The notes under the pieces: generated by a model
Database searches by the model: none
What the model saw: only the letters and a program-made list of their open reading frames with translations
Told to the model about the DNA's origin: nothing
Source: Nanobdellota archaeon
Lineage (GTDB): Archaea > Nanobdellota > Nanobdellia > SCGC-AAA011-G17 > JACPIM01
Assembly (NCBI GenBank): GCA_038046265.1
Contig: JBBSWN010000013.1
Location: 1 to 49,271 of the forward strand
Direction: 5' to 3'
DNA: 49,271 bases
In this document: positions 8,996 to 17,371 of the stretch, in pieces
How positions within the stretch are numbered: position 1 is the first letter of the stretch
Layout of the letters: each line of letters opens with the position of its first letter
Made by a program: the position numbers and the translations under genes

Positions 8996-9946
8996 TTATT
9001 TGTTTTTTCTTAATCTATATAATTTATAGAAACTAACTAAGCTTATTATTAACAAAATTGTTGATACAAGAATTATATCATTTTGCCTTATTCTGTAACC
9101 AAAGATTACGAAATCAAATATCAAGAATTCTGCAATTGACTTTATTGTTTTTCTTGGAACAAATTGGTAAAATGAACCTATAATCAGGGTTAATATTGCT
9201 AGAATTAGCCAAGACTTTTTTGATAGTATATTTGATATAAATGAATGGGTGTTGTAATTAAAAACAAGATAAAATACTAGATTTACTATGACTAAGGCAA
9301 ATATTGAGTAAATTAACTCTTTAGTTAGGAAGAAAACTAAAAATGCCGAGATTAATGAAGTTACTAAACCTCTTTGTAATTTGTTTTTTGGCCAGAATAA
9401 TGTTATTATAGAAGCTGGAATAAAAGATAAAATTGAAGGAGTAATTACAGCAAATGTCATTAATGAAGCAGCTTCTTCTTCTCCTAAACCTTGAAATCTC
9501 CATTGAAACATCAAAGAAATAGCGTAAAGAGCTATTGAACTTATGCCTGCTAATAACACAAAACTCAACTTTCTTAAATAATCTTTTTTTGACTCTAAAA
9601 AATTTAAAGCTGCAAAGTAAGATACTAACATAAAAAACATATGAAGAAATATAAAGAAGAACTGCTCATCAAGCCAGAAAACTTCTCTGTTTAAAGTTGG
9701 AACAGCTGAGAAATAGTAAATATAAAACATAAAAGGACCAAGCATACTAGCTACAATACCCTGCTCTTTTCCTTTTCCAATAAATTGAGTTATTAAAAAT
9801 GCTGTTAAAAAAATCACAGTTAACTTTATAGCAACGTAGTTTAAATGAACAGTCCAGTTAGTTGCAAGATGATAAACAATATCTAAACCATTCATCACTA
9901 AAGTTATAATCAAAGAAAAAAGAAAATTAGAAAGAAATTTACTCAT
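8996..9946 (-). CDS. polytopic membrane protein of unknown function
   Basis: About 8-9 hydrophobic segments. The likely start is the ATG at 9946 (MSKFLSNF...), 2 nt after the stop of the upstream cupredoxin gene. The N-terminal extension to 9994 in the ORF track would overlap that gene. Confidence 0.6.
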   Translation of the reverse strand: MSKFLSNFLFSLIITLVMNGLDIVYHLATNWTVHLNYVAIKLTVIFLTAFLITQFIGKGKEQGIVASMLGPFMFYIYYFSAVPTLNREVFWLDEQFFFIFLHMFFMLVSYFAALNFLESKKDYLRKLSFVLLAGISSIALYAISLMFQWRFQGLGEEEAASLMTFAVITPSILSFIPASIITLFWPKNKLQRGLVTSLISAFLVFFLTKELIYSIFALVIVNLVFYLVFNYNTHSFISNILSKKSWLILAILTLIIGSFYQFVPRKTIKSIAEFLIFDFVIFGYRIRQNDIILVSTILLIISLVSFYKLYRLRKNK

Positions 9947-9948
9947 TT

Positions 9949-10341
9949 TTATTGTACAATTACAGCACCTTTCATTGATGGATGAATTCCACAAATATAG
10001 TCTGTTCTTCCTGGGCTGTTAAAAGTAAAGGTTACAGAATCTCCTTGTTCCAAATTGTCTGATGCTAAAACACCGTCAATTGACTCTACTGTATGAGAAA
10101 CAGAATCATCATTTCTCCAAGTTACCTCTGTCCCTACTTTTACTTTTATTTCACTAGGAACAAATTTAAAATTCTTTATTATAACTGAGGCTGCTTCTCC
10201 GCCAGCACTAACTCCTTTTTCATCACCCTGTTTTTCAACTACAGGAGCTGTTTCTTCTACTGGTGCTGTTTCTTGTTTTGAACAACCAGTTATTAACAAT
10301 CCCAAGATTATTAATAAAACCAAAAAAATTGCTTTTTTCAT
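9949..10341 (-). CDS. cupredoxin (plastocyanin/amicyanin-like blue copper) lipoprotein
   Basis: Signal peptide with lipobox LLITGC. Type-1 copper ligand pattern SHTV ... CGIHPSMKG (His, Cys, His, Met). Confidence 0.8.
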   Translation of the reverse strand: MKKAIFLVLLIILGLLITGCSKQETAPVEETAPVVEKQGDEKGVSAGGEAASVIIKNFKFVPSEIKVKVGTEVTWRNDDSVSHTVESIDGVLASDNLEQGDSVTFTFNSPGRTDYICGIHPSMKGAVIVQ

Positions 10342-10394
10342 AATTATTTTCAGTAAACGAATATATATAAATCTTGTTAAAAATATAATTTAAA

Positions 10395-11147
10395 ATGTAT
10401 TTTCATAATTTTGACCCTGTTTTGTTTAGATTAGGGTTTTTGGAGATTAGGTATTATGGATTAGTGTACTTGCTTGGGTTTTTACTAGTTTTTTTATTTT
10501 TAAGAAAATATAAGAAAGAACTTAGTTTAAAGGAAGATGATGTATATAATTTAATTTTTTACTTGTTTATTGGCGTTATTTTAGGGGCTAGAATATTTCA
10601 CTTTATTTTTTCTGAGCCTTATATTTTAATTAATGATCCTCTGGAGTTTTTCAGGATTTGGAACGGGGGAATGAGTTTTTTTGGAAGCTTGACAGGAGTA
10701 ATTTTAATGGTTTATATTTTCTGCAAAAGATATAAAACTAGTTTTTTCAAGACTGCTGATGTTTTAGTTTTGCCTGCTACGATTGCCTTGTTTTTTGGGA
10801 GAATTGCTAATTTTATAAATGCTGAGTTGATTGGAAGAATTACAGATGTTTCCTGGTGTGTTATATTTCCTACTTATTCACAATGCAGGCATCCATACCA
10901 GATTTATGCTGCTCTTTCACATCTAGTTTTATTAATTATTTTAATTTTTACATGGAAACTGAAAGAGAAAAGAAAATTAAAGAATGGCGTTGTATTTGTA
11001 AGTTTTGTTGTATTTTACAGCTTATTAAGAATAACAACAGATTTTTTCAGGGAAGACTTAAGAATATTCGGGTTTACAATATGGCAATACATTAGTTTAG
11101 CTTTCTTATTACTTGGGATTTATATTTATAAGAAATTAAAAAACTAA
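10395..11147 (+). CDS. lgt: prolipoprotein diacylglyceryl transferase (bacterial-type Lgt)
   Basis: Collinear with E. coli Lgt motifs: FDPVLF..G...IRYYGLVYLLGF, WNGGMSFFGS, GRIANFINAELIGR, RHPYQIYAA, DFFRED. Confidence 0.85.
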   Translation: MYFHNFDPVLFRLGFLEIRYYGLVYLLGFLLVFLFLRKYKKELSLKEDDVYNLIFYLFIGVILGARIFHFIFSEPYILINDPLEFFRIWNGGMSFFGSLTGVILMVYIFCKRYKTSFFKTADVLVLPATIALFFGRIANFINAELIGRITDVSWCVIFPTYSQCRHPYQIYAALSHLVLLIILIFTWKLKEKRKLKNGVVFVSFVVFYSLLRITTDFFREDLRIFGFTIWQYISLAFLLLGIYIYKKLKN

Positions 11148-11434
11148 ACTTCTGCCGGCACTTTTTTTGGTGGTACTAAAAAATTCTGAACCCTAACAAG
11201 ACTTTCCAAACCAAAAATCTTATCTTCTTTAATCTTAGCTCTTGCTTGCTTAGAAATTGTTAATTCATATTTATCATTTAAACATTGTCTAGTTTGAAAA
11301 ATTCTTAAAACTGCGTGAGGAATTTGATAGTCGTCTATTCCAATAATTTTGACAAGGTCTGTTTTATTTTTCTCGGCTTCTACATAAAAACTACCTATTT
11401 CCTTGTCAAAATAAATTTTTATTGTTACTGTCAT
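11144..11434 (-). CDS. small hypothetical protein, paralogue of the upstream gene
   Basis: 96-aa ORF whose start overlaps the upstream stop (ATGA). It aligns along its length with the 97-aa neighbour (beta-hairpin N-terminus, KYELTISKQARAKI vs YKVAFTPEAKRFI, LVRVQN vs IVELQN). Confidence 0.5.
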   Translation of the reverse strand: MTVTIKIYFDKEIGSFYVEAEKNKTDLVKIIGIDDYQIPHAVLRIFQTRQCLNDKYELTISKQARAKIKEDKIFGLESLVRVQNFLVPPKKVPAEV

Positions 11435-11724
11435 AATATTTTTACTAAACCTTTTCTTGGTCTTTGTACTGCTTTATTTTGCAATTCAACTATTTTTTCT
11501 ACCAAGTCTCTTCTGCTTTTTGGAATAAATCTTTTGGCTTCTGGAGTAAAAGCTACTTTGTACTGGCTGTTTTGGCCTTCTTTTGAAAGAAAAATAGAAG
11601 TAATCTCACTTAAAAGAGCTTCGTAAGTATGAGCAACGCATAGTCCTGTTTGTGCTTTTTTTCCAGAATATAACACAGCACTCTGCCCCCCAACTTCATA
11701 ATCTACTGTAAGTTGTCTAACCAT
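11431..11724 (-). CDS. small hypothetical protein (possible HicB/UPF0150-like fold)
   Basis: 97-aa ORF. LTVDYEVGGQSAVLYSGKKAQTGLCVAHTYEALLSEITSIF loosely resembles the HicB N-terminal pattern. The fold assignment is weak. Confidence 0.5.
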   Translation of the reverse strand: MVRQLTVDYEVGGQSAVLYSGKKAQTGLCVAHTYEALLSEITSIFLSKEGQNSQYKVAFTPEAKRFIPKSRRDLVEKIVELQNKAVQRPRKGLVKIL

Positions 11725-11772
11725 TTGATTTTGCGCAAATATTTATATATAAAAAGACTTCGGTTTTAATGA

Positions 11773-12057
11773 ATGAAGATAGACAAAGAGTTAATTGAAA
11801 GGGTGGCTAAGGTATCAAGGCTTAATTTAAAAGAAGAAGAAAAAGAGAGTTTTGTAAAGGATTTTAAGGATGTTTTAGAGGTTTTTTCCAAGATTGGAAA
11901 GGTCAAGACAGACAATCTAGATTTAAGTGTTCAGCCAGTTAAATTTGAGAATGTTTTTAGAGAAGACAAAGTTGAAAAAAGTTTAAATGAAAAAGAAGTT
12001 TTTAAAAATACAGAGCTAAAAGAAAAAGGATTTTTTAAAGGACCAAAGATTTTATGA
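11773..12057 (+). CDS. gatC: Asp/Glu-tRNA amidotransferase subunit C
   Basis: The 94-aa sequence IDKELIERVAKVSRLNLKEEEKESFVKDFKDVLEVF is typical of GatC. It overlaps gatA by 4 nt. Confidence 0.85.
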   Translation: MKIDKELIERVAKVSRLNLKEEEKESFVKDFKDVLEVFSKIGKVKTDNLDLSVQPVKFENVFREDKVEKSLNEKEVFKNTELKEKGFFKGPKIL

Positions 12058-13358
12058 AAACAAGAGAATTTTTACAAGAAGCTAAAGATTTAAATAAAAA
12101 GTATAATTTCTTTATTACAATTAATGAAAAAGCAGAAGATGGAATTCCTATTTCTGTCAAGGACAATATATGCACAAAAGGATTAAAGACAACTGCGGGG
12201 TCAAGAATTCTGGAAAATTATGAACCTGTTTTTGATGCTACTGTCATAGAAAAGGCAAAGAAAAGCAAGTATGTTGTTGTAGGGAAAACTGGAATGGATG
12301 AATTTGGTTTTGGGAGTTTTTCAACAAATTGTGCTTATGAAATTCCAAAAAATCCCTTAGATAATACAAGAAGCTGCGGGGGGAGTTCTGGAGGTGGGGC
12401 TGGATATACATATGCAAGCAAGCTTTCCAATTCATCTATTGGTGAGAGCACTGGAGGAAGTATTTCATGTCCTGCTGCTTTTTGCTCTGTTGTTGGGATT
12501 ACACCAACATACGGACTTGTATCAAGGTATGGATTAATTGACTATGCAAATTCTTTAGACAAAATAGGAACTTTCGGGAAAAGTGTTAAAGATGCTGTAA
12601 AATTACTGAATGTTATTTCTGGGTATGATGAAAAGGACAGCACTTCAATCAAGAAAGGAAAGGAAAATTATGAAAAGTATTTAGGAAAAGATATAAAAAA
12701 ATTTAAAGTAGGAGTAATTAAAGAGTTTTCAAATGGGGAAGGCATTAATTTAGAAGTTGAGAAAGATTTCTGGGATGGAGTCAAGAAACTAGAAAGCAAT
12801 GGAGTAAAATGCAAGGAAGTTTCTTTTAAGTTAAGTGATTTGGTTTTACCTGTTTATTATGTTATTGCAATGTGCGAAGCTTCCACTAATTTAGCTAAAT
12901 ATTGTGGGATAAGATATGGAATGACTAAGGAATTAAAAGGAACATTTAATGAATATTTTTCTTCTGTAAGGGAGAGTTATTTTGGAAAAGAAGCTAAGAG
13001 AAGAATTTTACTAGGGACATTCATGAGAATGGCGGGATATAGAGATGCTTATTATATCAAGGCCTTGAAATTAAGGTCACTAATTACACAAGAATATAAG
13101 AAACTGTTTAAGGAGTTTGATGTTTTATTAACACCAACAATGCCTATTTTACCACCTAAGTTTTCTGAAATTGAGAAATTAAATCCTGTTGAAAATTACA
13201 TGTGTGATATTTTAACTACTGGGCCCAATTTAAGCGGGCTACCTATGATTTCAGTTCCTGTTAAAAAGAACAGGGCTGTTGGAATGCATTTTATTGCAGA
13301 CCATTTACAAGAAAACAAGATAATTAGCATTGGGGATTATTATGAAAGAGTTAGATAA
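12054..13358 (+). CDS. gatA: Asp/Glu-tRNA amidotransferase subunit A (amidase)
   Basis: Amidase signature GGSSGGGAG...STGGSI and the catalytic Lys region ISVKDNI. It lies between gatC and gatB. Confidence 0.9.
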   Translation: MKTREFLQEAKDLNKKYNFFITINEKAEDGIPISVKDNICTKGLKTTAGSRILENYEPVFDATVIEKAKKSKYVVVGKTGMDEFGFGSFSTNCAYEIPKNPLDNTRSCGGSSGGGAGYTYASKLSNSSIGESTGGSISCPAAFCSVVGITPTYGLVSRYGLIDYANSLDKIGTFGKSVKDAVKLLNVISGYDEKDSTSIKKGKENYEKYLGKDIKKFKVGVIKEFSNGEGINLEVEKDFWDGVKKLESNGVKCKEVSFKLSDLVLPVYYVIAMCEASTNLAKYCGIRYGMTKELKGTFNEYFSSVRESYFGKEAKRRILLGTFMRMAGYRDAYYIKALKLRSLITQEYKKLFKEFDVLLTPTMPILPPKFSEIEKLNPVENYMCDILTTGPNLSGLPMISVPVKKNRAVGMHFIADHLQENKIISIGDYYERVR

Positions 13359-14730
13359 TGCAAAAATAGGATTGGAAATTCACATACAGCTTAAAACTTC
13401 AAGTAAGTTGTTTTGTGGTTGTTCTACAAAATCAGGCAAACCAAATACAGAGGTGTGTGAAATTTGTCTTGGAATGCCTGGAAGCAAGCCAGTTGTAAAT
13501 AGAAAGGCTGTTGAATTTGCAGTAAAATTAGGATTGGCTTTAAATTGTACAATACAGAAAGAGAATTTTTTTTCACGCAAGGTTTATGGATATCCAGATA
13601 TGTCAAAAAATTTTCAGATAACACAGTATGAATTTCCTTTATGTGCAAATGGAAATGTAAGGTTTAAGAACAAAGTTATAAGGATAAGAAGAATACATAT
13701 TGAGGAAGATCCTGCTTCTATTCAATATCCCAAGACTATTTCAGATTCGGATTATTGCTTAATTGATTATAACAGGGCTGGAGTTCCTTTGTGCGAAATT
13801 GTAACTGAACCAGATTTAACAAGTGCCGAAGAGGCCAAGGAATTTTTAGAATATTTGATCAGCATTATAGATTATTTGGATATTTATGATTCAAAGAATT
13901 TCACAATTAGGGTGGATGCAAATGTTTCCTTGCCTGGAACGAAGAGGGCTGAAATAAAAAACATTACTGGATTCAGGGCTGTTGAAAAAGCAATTGGATT
14001 TGAAATTATAAGGCAGAAAGGAAAACTAAGGAGAAATGAGGAATTTAAACAGGAAACAATGCATTTTGATGCAATCTCAAACAAAGTAATTCCATTAAGA
14101 GAGAAGGAGTTTGAGGAAGATTATGGGTATATATTTGATCCTGACTTACCAAAGCTTTTAATTGAAGAAAATTTGATTAAGAAAATTAAAAACGAGATTC
14201 CTGAATTACCAGGAGAAAAAATAAAAAGGCTGATTAAAGAATATAATTTAAGTGAAGATATAGCAAGTGTTCTGGTTTCTGAAAAAGAAATTTGCGACTT
14301 ATTTGAAGAAAGTATAAAAAAAGCTGAGAAAGAATTAGTTATTAGATTGACTACTGGCATATTAAAGAAGGTTCTTAATTACAATGGAATAAAATTAAGA
14401 GAAAGCAAATTAACCAAGGAGAATTTTATTGAGTTATTAAAATTAATTGAAAAAAATGAATTAACTGTGAGAATGGCTGATTTATTATTAAGGAAATTAA
14501 TTTTCAGCAAGAAAAATACAAGAGAACTAGTTAAAGAATTAAAATTTACAAAGATTAATGACATGGACAAGATAGTTGAGAAAGTTCTGGGAAAAAATAA
14601 GGAAGCTGTAGAAGATTATAAAAAAGGAAATTCAAAAGCTTTGCATTTTTTAATTGGACAAGTTTTAAAAGAAGCCAAGGAAAAGGCTGATGCTAAACTA
14701 ATTGAAAGAAAAATATTAGAAAAAATTTAA
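13342..14730 (+). CDS. gatB: Asp/Glu-tRNA amidotransferase subunit B
   Basis: IGLEIHIQL...KLFCGC...CEICLGMPGSKPV, DYNRAGVPLCEIVTEPD, and a C-terminal YqeY-like tail. ATG at 13342 is preferred over the TTG at 13330. Confidence 0.9.
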   Translation: MKELDNAKIGLEIHIQLKTSSKLFCGCSTKSGKPNTEVCEICLGMPGSKPVVNRKAVEFAVKLGLALNCTIQKENFFSRKVYGYPDMSKNFQITQYEFPLCANGNVRFKNKVIRIRRIHIEEDPASIQYPKTISDSDYCLIDYNRAGVPLCEIVTEPDLTSAEEAKEFLEYLISIIDYLDIYDSKNFTIRVDANVSLPGTKRAEIKNITGFRAVEKAIGFEIIRQKGKLRRNEEFKQETMHFDAISNKVIPLREKEFEEDYGYIFDPDLPKLLIEENLIKKIKNEIPELPGEKIKRLIKEYNLSEDIASVLVSEKEICDLFEESIKKAEKELVIRLTTGILKKVLNYNGIKLRESKLTKENFIELLKLIEKNELTVRMADLLLRKLIFSKKNTRELVKELKFTKINDMDKIVEKVLGKNKEAVEDYKKGNSKALHFLIGQVLKEAKEKADAKLIERKILEKI

Positions 14731-14746
14731 AAAATAAAAAAAGAAT

Positions 14747-14950
14747 TTATCTTTTTTTACCCATTGTAGCACAACAGTCTGGACATGTGTGCATTGCGCA
14801 ACCGCATAAACCAGCTAACAAGAACAATGCTGTCCACCATTGGATATTCCAAAAGTCCCAGACATTTAAGTCCCTTAACAAAAATAAAACTCCCAAGACC
14901 AAAAACAATAGTCCTGTAACCATATGACACTTTTTACATCCTCCAAACAT
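14747..14950 (-). CDS. small Cys-rich two-TM membrane protein
   Basis: The 67-aa ORF is preceded by a strong SD (GGAGGTG). It has an N-terminal CKKC, two hydrophobic helices and a C-terminal CGC..H.CPDCC cluster. Confidence 0.55.
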   Translation of the reverse strand: MFGGCKKCHMVTGLLFLVLGVLFLLRDLNVWDFWNIQWWTALFLLAGLCGCAMHTCPDCCATMGKKR

Positions 14951-15022
14951 TAATACGCACCTCCAAAGATTTTTAAATTATATATTACTTAATTAGTATT
15001 TAAATATATAGGATGGTTTAAA

Positions 15023-15307
15023 ATGGTCAGATTTAAAGAATTGTGCAGAAAATGCAGAAAAAACATGGTTTTAGTTTCAAGTAAAACAAAATTTCCTGTT
15101 TGTTATGACTGCCAGAAAGAAGAACTACAAGGAGAGATTAAGGACAAGAAGATGAAAGAGATGTTTGACATTCCTGAAGAGTTTTACAGGGAAAGCTTGT
15201 TTTTAAGGAGCATTAAAATTAATTATTTAAAATTTGGAAAGTTAAGCAGCAAACAGTTAGAATGGTTCAAGAAAGTTGTTGACGAGATGAAAAAAGATAA
15301 AGAATAA
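15023..15307 (+). CDS. small zinc-ribbon protein, unknown function
   Basis: CRKC...(17 aa)...CYDC four-Cys motif followed by a helical basic tail; 94 aa. Confidence 0.5.
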   Translation: MVRFKELCRKCRKNMVLVSSKTKFPVCYDCQKEELQGEIKDKKMKEMFDIPEEFYRESLFLRSIKINYLKFGKLSSKQLEWFKKVVDEMKKDKE

Positions 15308-15827
15308 CTGCTTTCTTAATAACGACGTCTGTTAATGGTTTATCATTTGCATTTCTTGGTGCACTGCTGATTTTATCAACAATATCTATGCCTTCAATCA
15401 CTTTTCCAAAGACAGGATGTTTTGTGTCCAGGAAATTATTATTTACTGTGTTTACGAAGAACTGAGAACCACCTGTGTTGGGGCCAGCATTTGCCATTGA
15501 TAATGTACCACGGTTGTTTTTGTTGTTTTTTGTGAATTCATCTTTTATTGTGTAACCTGGGCCGCCTCTTCCTGTTCCAGTTGGGTCACCGCCCTGTATC
15601 ATGAAATTTGGAATTACTCTATGAAAAATTACATTATCATAGAATTTTTGTTCAACTAATTTTTTGAAGTTTCCTGCTGTAATCGGCATTGTATCTTCAA
15701 ATAATTCTATTTTTATATTTCCTAATGTGGTTTCAAGTAAAACTATGCTGTTCATTTTTTTCTCCCCGGTTTTACAACCTGTTATTAAAAACAAAGATAT
15801 TAATAAAATTAAGATTAGTTTTTTCAT
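15267..15827 (-). CDS. cyclophilin-type peptidyl-prolyl cis-trans isomerase, lipobox-containing
   Basis: FHRVIPNFMIQGGDP, SMANAGPNTGGSQFF; N-terminal signal peptide with LFLITGC. Confidence 0.9.
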   Translation of the reverse strand: MKKLILILLISLFLITGCKTGEKKMNSIVLLETTLGNIKIELFEDTMPITAGNFKKLVEQKFYDNVIFHRVIPNFMIQGGDPTGTGRGGPGYTIKDEFTKNNKNNRGTLSMANAGPNTGGSQFFVNTVNNNFLDTKHPVFGKVIEGIDIVDKISSAPRNANDKPLTDVVIKKAVILYLFSSRQQLS

Positions 15828-15869
15828 TTTTAATCAATGTAATAAAGATCGTAACTTACTTTTCTTGGT

Positions 15870-16190
15870 TTAATTCGATTTTTTTTCATTTTGTTGTTTT
15901 TGCTTTAGTTTTTCGTTTTCTTTCAGGACTGCGCTTTGAAATTCAGTTATTCTTTCTAATCTGCCTGTTACTAAGAGAGTTACTGGCCCTTCGTCGTCAG
16001 CAGACTGGTAAAAAAAATCTACTCTTAATCCGGTATGTTTTATTTTCCATGCCCTGTTTAAGAAAATCTCACCATATTCACTTGAACGCCGCGCAATACT
16101 ATCGGAGTTTATTCTTGACATAAATTCTGAAAATGCTCCTGCAACATAAACCCCATCTTCTACACCGCTGTAAATTATTTTTTTAGTCAT
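15870..16190 (-). CDS. hypothetical protein
   Basis: A 106-aa ORF with a Lys/Gln-rich tail and no recognisable motif. Confidence 0.4.
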   Translation of the reverse strand: MTKKIIYSGVEDGVYVAGAFSEFMSRINSDSIARRSSEYGEIFLNRAWKIKHTGLRVDFFYQSADDEGPVTLLVTGRLERITEFQSAVLKENEKLKQKQQNEKKSN

Positions 16191-16352
16191 AAAAATTTAC
16201 TATTTTTGCCTATTTTTAAGATTATCTGTTTTCCGAAAAATATCTTGTATTTTTAAATTTCTTTCATAAACTTTGTAAAGTTTCTAGATGTTCGTAAAAT
16301 ATTCGGAGAATTTCAGGCAAAATATTTAAACAAATTTCTTTATTTTTTATTT

Positions 16353-16634
16353 ATGAAAATCTTTGAAACTGTTGACGGAAATGGCAGAAAAATTTATTTG
16401 ACAGACGAAAGATGGAGCCATATTCAAAGACATGAAAATATTGTAAATATATTTGACAGAATTACAGAAACTTTAAGTAAACCAACTAAGATATCTATTC
16501 TTGAAGAAGATCCTAGAAGCTACTTTTACTTTCGCTATTATAAAGATCTAAAACAATACCTGAAGATTATAGTAAGCTATTTAAACGGTGAAGGCTTTAT
16601 AGTAACTGTTTACTATACAAGGAACTTAAAATGA
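16353..16634 (+). CDS. putative BECR/DUF4258-like toxin
   Basis: KIYLTDERWSHIQRHENI...ETLSKP...GFIVTVYYTRNLK matches a recurrent small archaeal and bacterial family with W-HI--RH and a C-terminal ITAY-T motif. It is coupled (4-nt overlap) to a DUF2283-like gene. Confidence 0.5.
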   Translation: MKIFETVDGNGRKIYLTDERWSHIQRHENIVNIFDRITETLSKPTKISILEEDPRSYFYFRYYKDLKQYLKIIVSYLNGEGFIVTVYYTRNLK

Positions 16635-16990
16635 CAAAAATTTACCTATACTATGATGAAGAAGGAGATTATTTAGAAATAAATATTGGTAAATATGTAG
16701 ATAAAGCTTATGAAGATTTGGGAAATGGAATTGCTGAAATGATTGATGAAAAGGAGAATGTTGTTGGAGTAAATGTGGCTGGCTTTATAAAAAAGATTAG
16801 GAAGATGAAAGAGATTAAATTACCTTTTTTAATGAATTCTTATTTGACAATTCTTTACGATGAGAAAAGAGATTTTTTCCAATTGTCTTTAGGAAAAACG
16901 GGAAATAACATAGATGTTTTTAATTTTAAAAAAAAGACTAAAAACTTAAAAGACATTGAAATAAATTTACCATTGGAGATTGTTTCTTAA
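16631..16990 (+). CDS. DUF2283-like protein (putative antitoxin), two repeats
   Basis: IYLYYDEEGDYLEINIG...GIAEMIDEKENVVGVNV fits the YD-E-D-LYI DUF2283 signature. A second degenerate copy is present (ILYDEKRDFFQLSLG). Confidence 0.55.
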   Translation: MTKIYLYYDEEGDYLEINIGKYVDKAYEDLGNGIAEMIDEKENVVGVNVAGFIKKIRKMKEIKLPFLMNSYLTILYDEKRDFFQLSLGKTGNNIDVFNFKKKTKNLKDIEINLPLEIVS

Positions 16991-17012
16991 GTTATTATAA
17001 AAGTTATTTTAG

Positions 17013-17357
17013 TCATTTTAAGGTGTTAATTATCTTTTGTCTCTCTAAATTTATTTCAATAATTCTCTGCTTTAAATAAAATTGCCATGATTGCTGTGGT
17101 TTAAATTGATGAATAAAAATTATTGGGATATTGTTCTTTTTATAAATCTTTTCCCGAAAATCATAACTAAATTTCTCAGATCCGCATACTTCAATATAAA
17201 TTCCAAGTTCAGGCAGATAAAAATCAGGAGTCCAGACTCTTGGCCTATTTTTGTCATCTTGAACGAAGATTGCCTGTTCATATAAGCATGAAATACCCAA
17301 TTCCTTTAAATAGCTCTCGACTTCCTGTTCAGAAATTGTTGGAATTAAACTGCTCAT
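17013..17357 (-). CDS. hypothetical protein with a PD-(D/E)xK nuclease-like motif
   Basis: TPDFYLPELGIYIEVCG resembles the PD...E-x-K core, but Cys replaces the Lys. Confidence 0.4.
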   Translation of the reverse strand: MSSLIPTISEQEVESYLKELGISCLYEQAIFVQDDKNRPRVWTPDFYLPELGIYIEVCGSEKFSYDFREKIYKKNNIPIIFIHQFKPQQSWQFYLKQRIIEINLERQKIINTLK

Positions 17358-17371
17358 TTTATTTTATGGTA

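Noticed and set aside
13342-14730. Whether the two GatB/E-family genes (13342..14730 and 19432..20859) are duplicates of the same subunit.
   Set aside because: The first follows gatC-gatA and has GatB-specific motifs (CEICLGMPGSKPV, DYNRAGVPL). The second has GatE-specific motifs (VDGSNVSGFQRT, RPMPTGSRLYPETDIP) and lies near gatD. They are distinct subunits.
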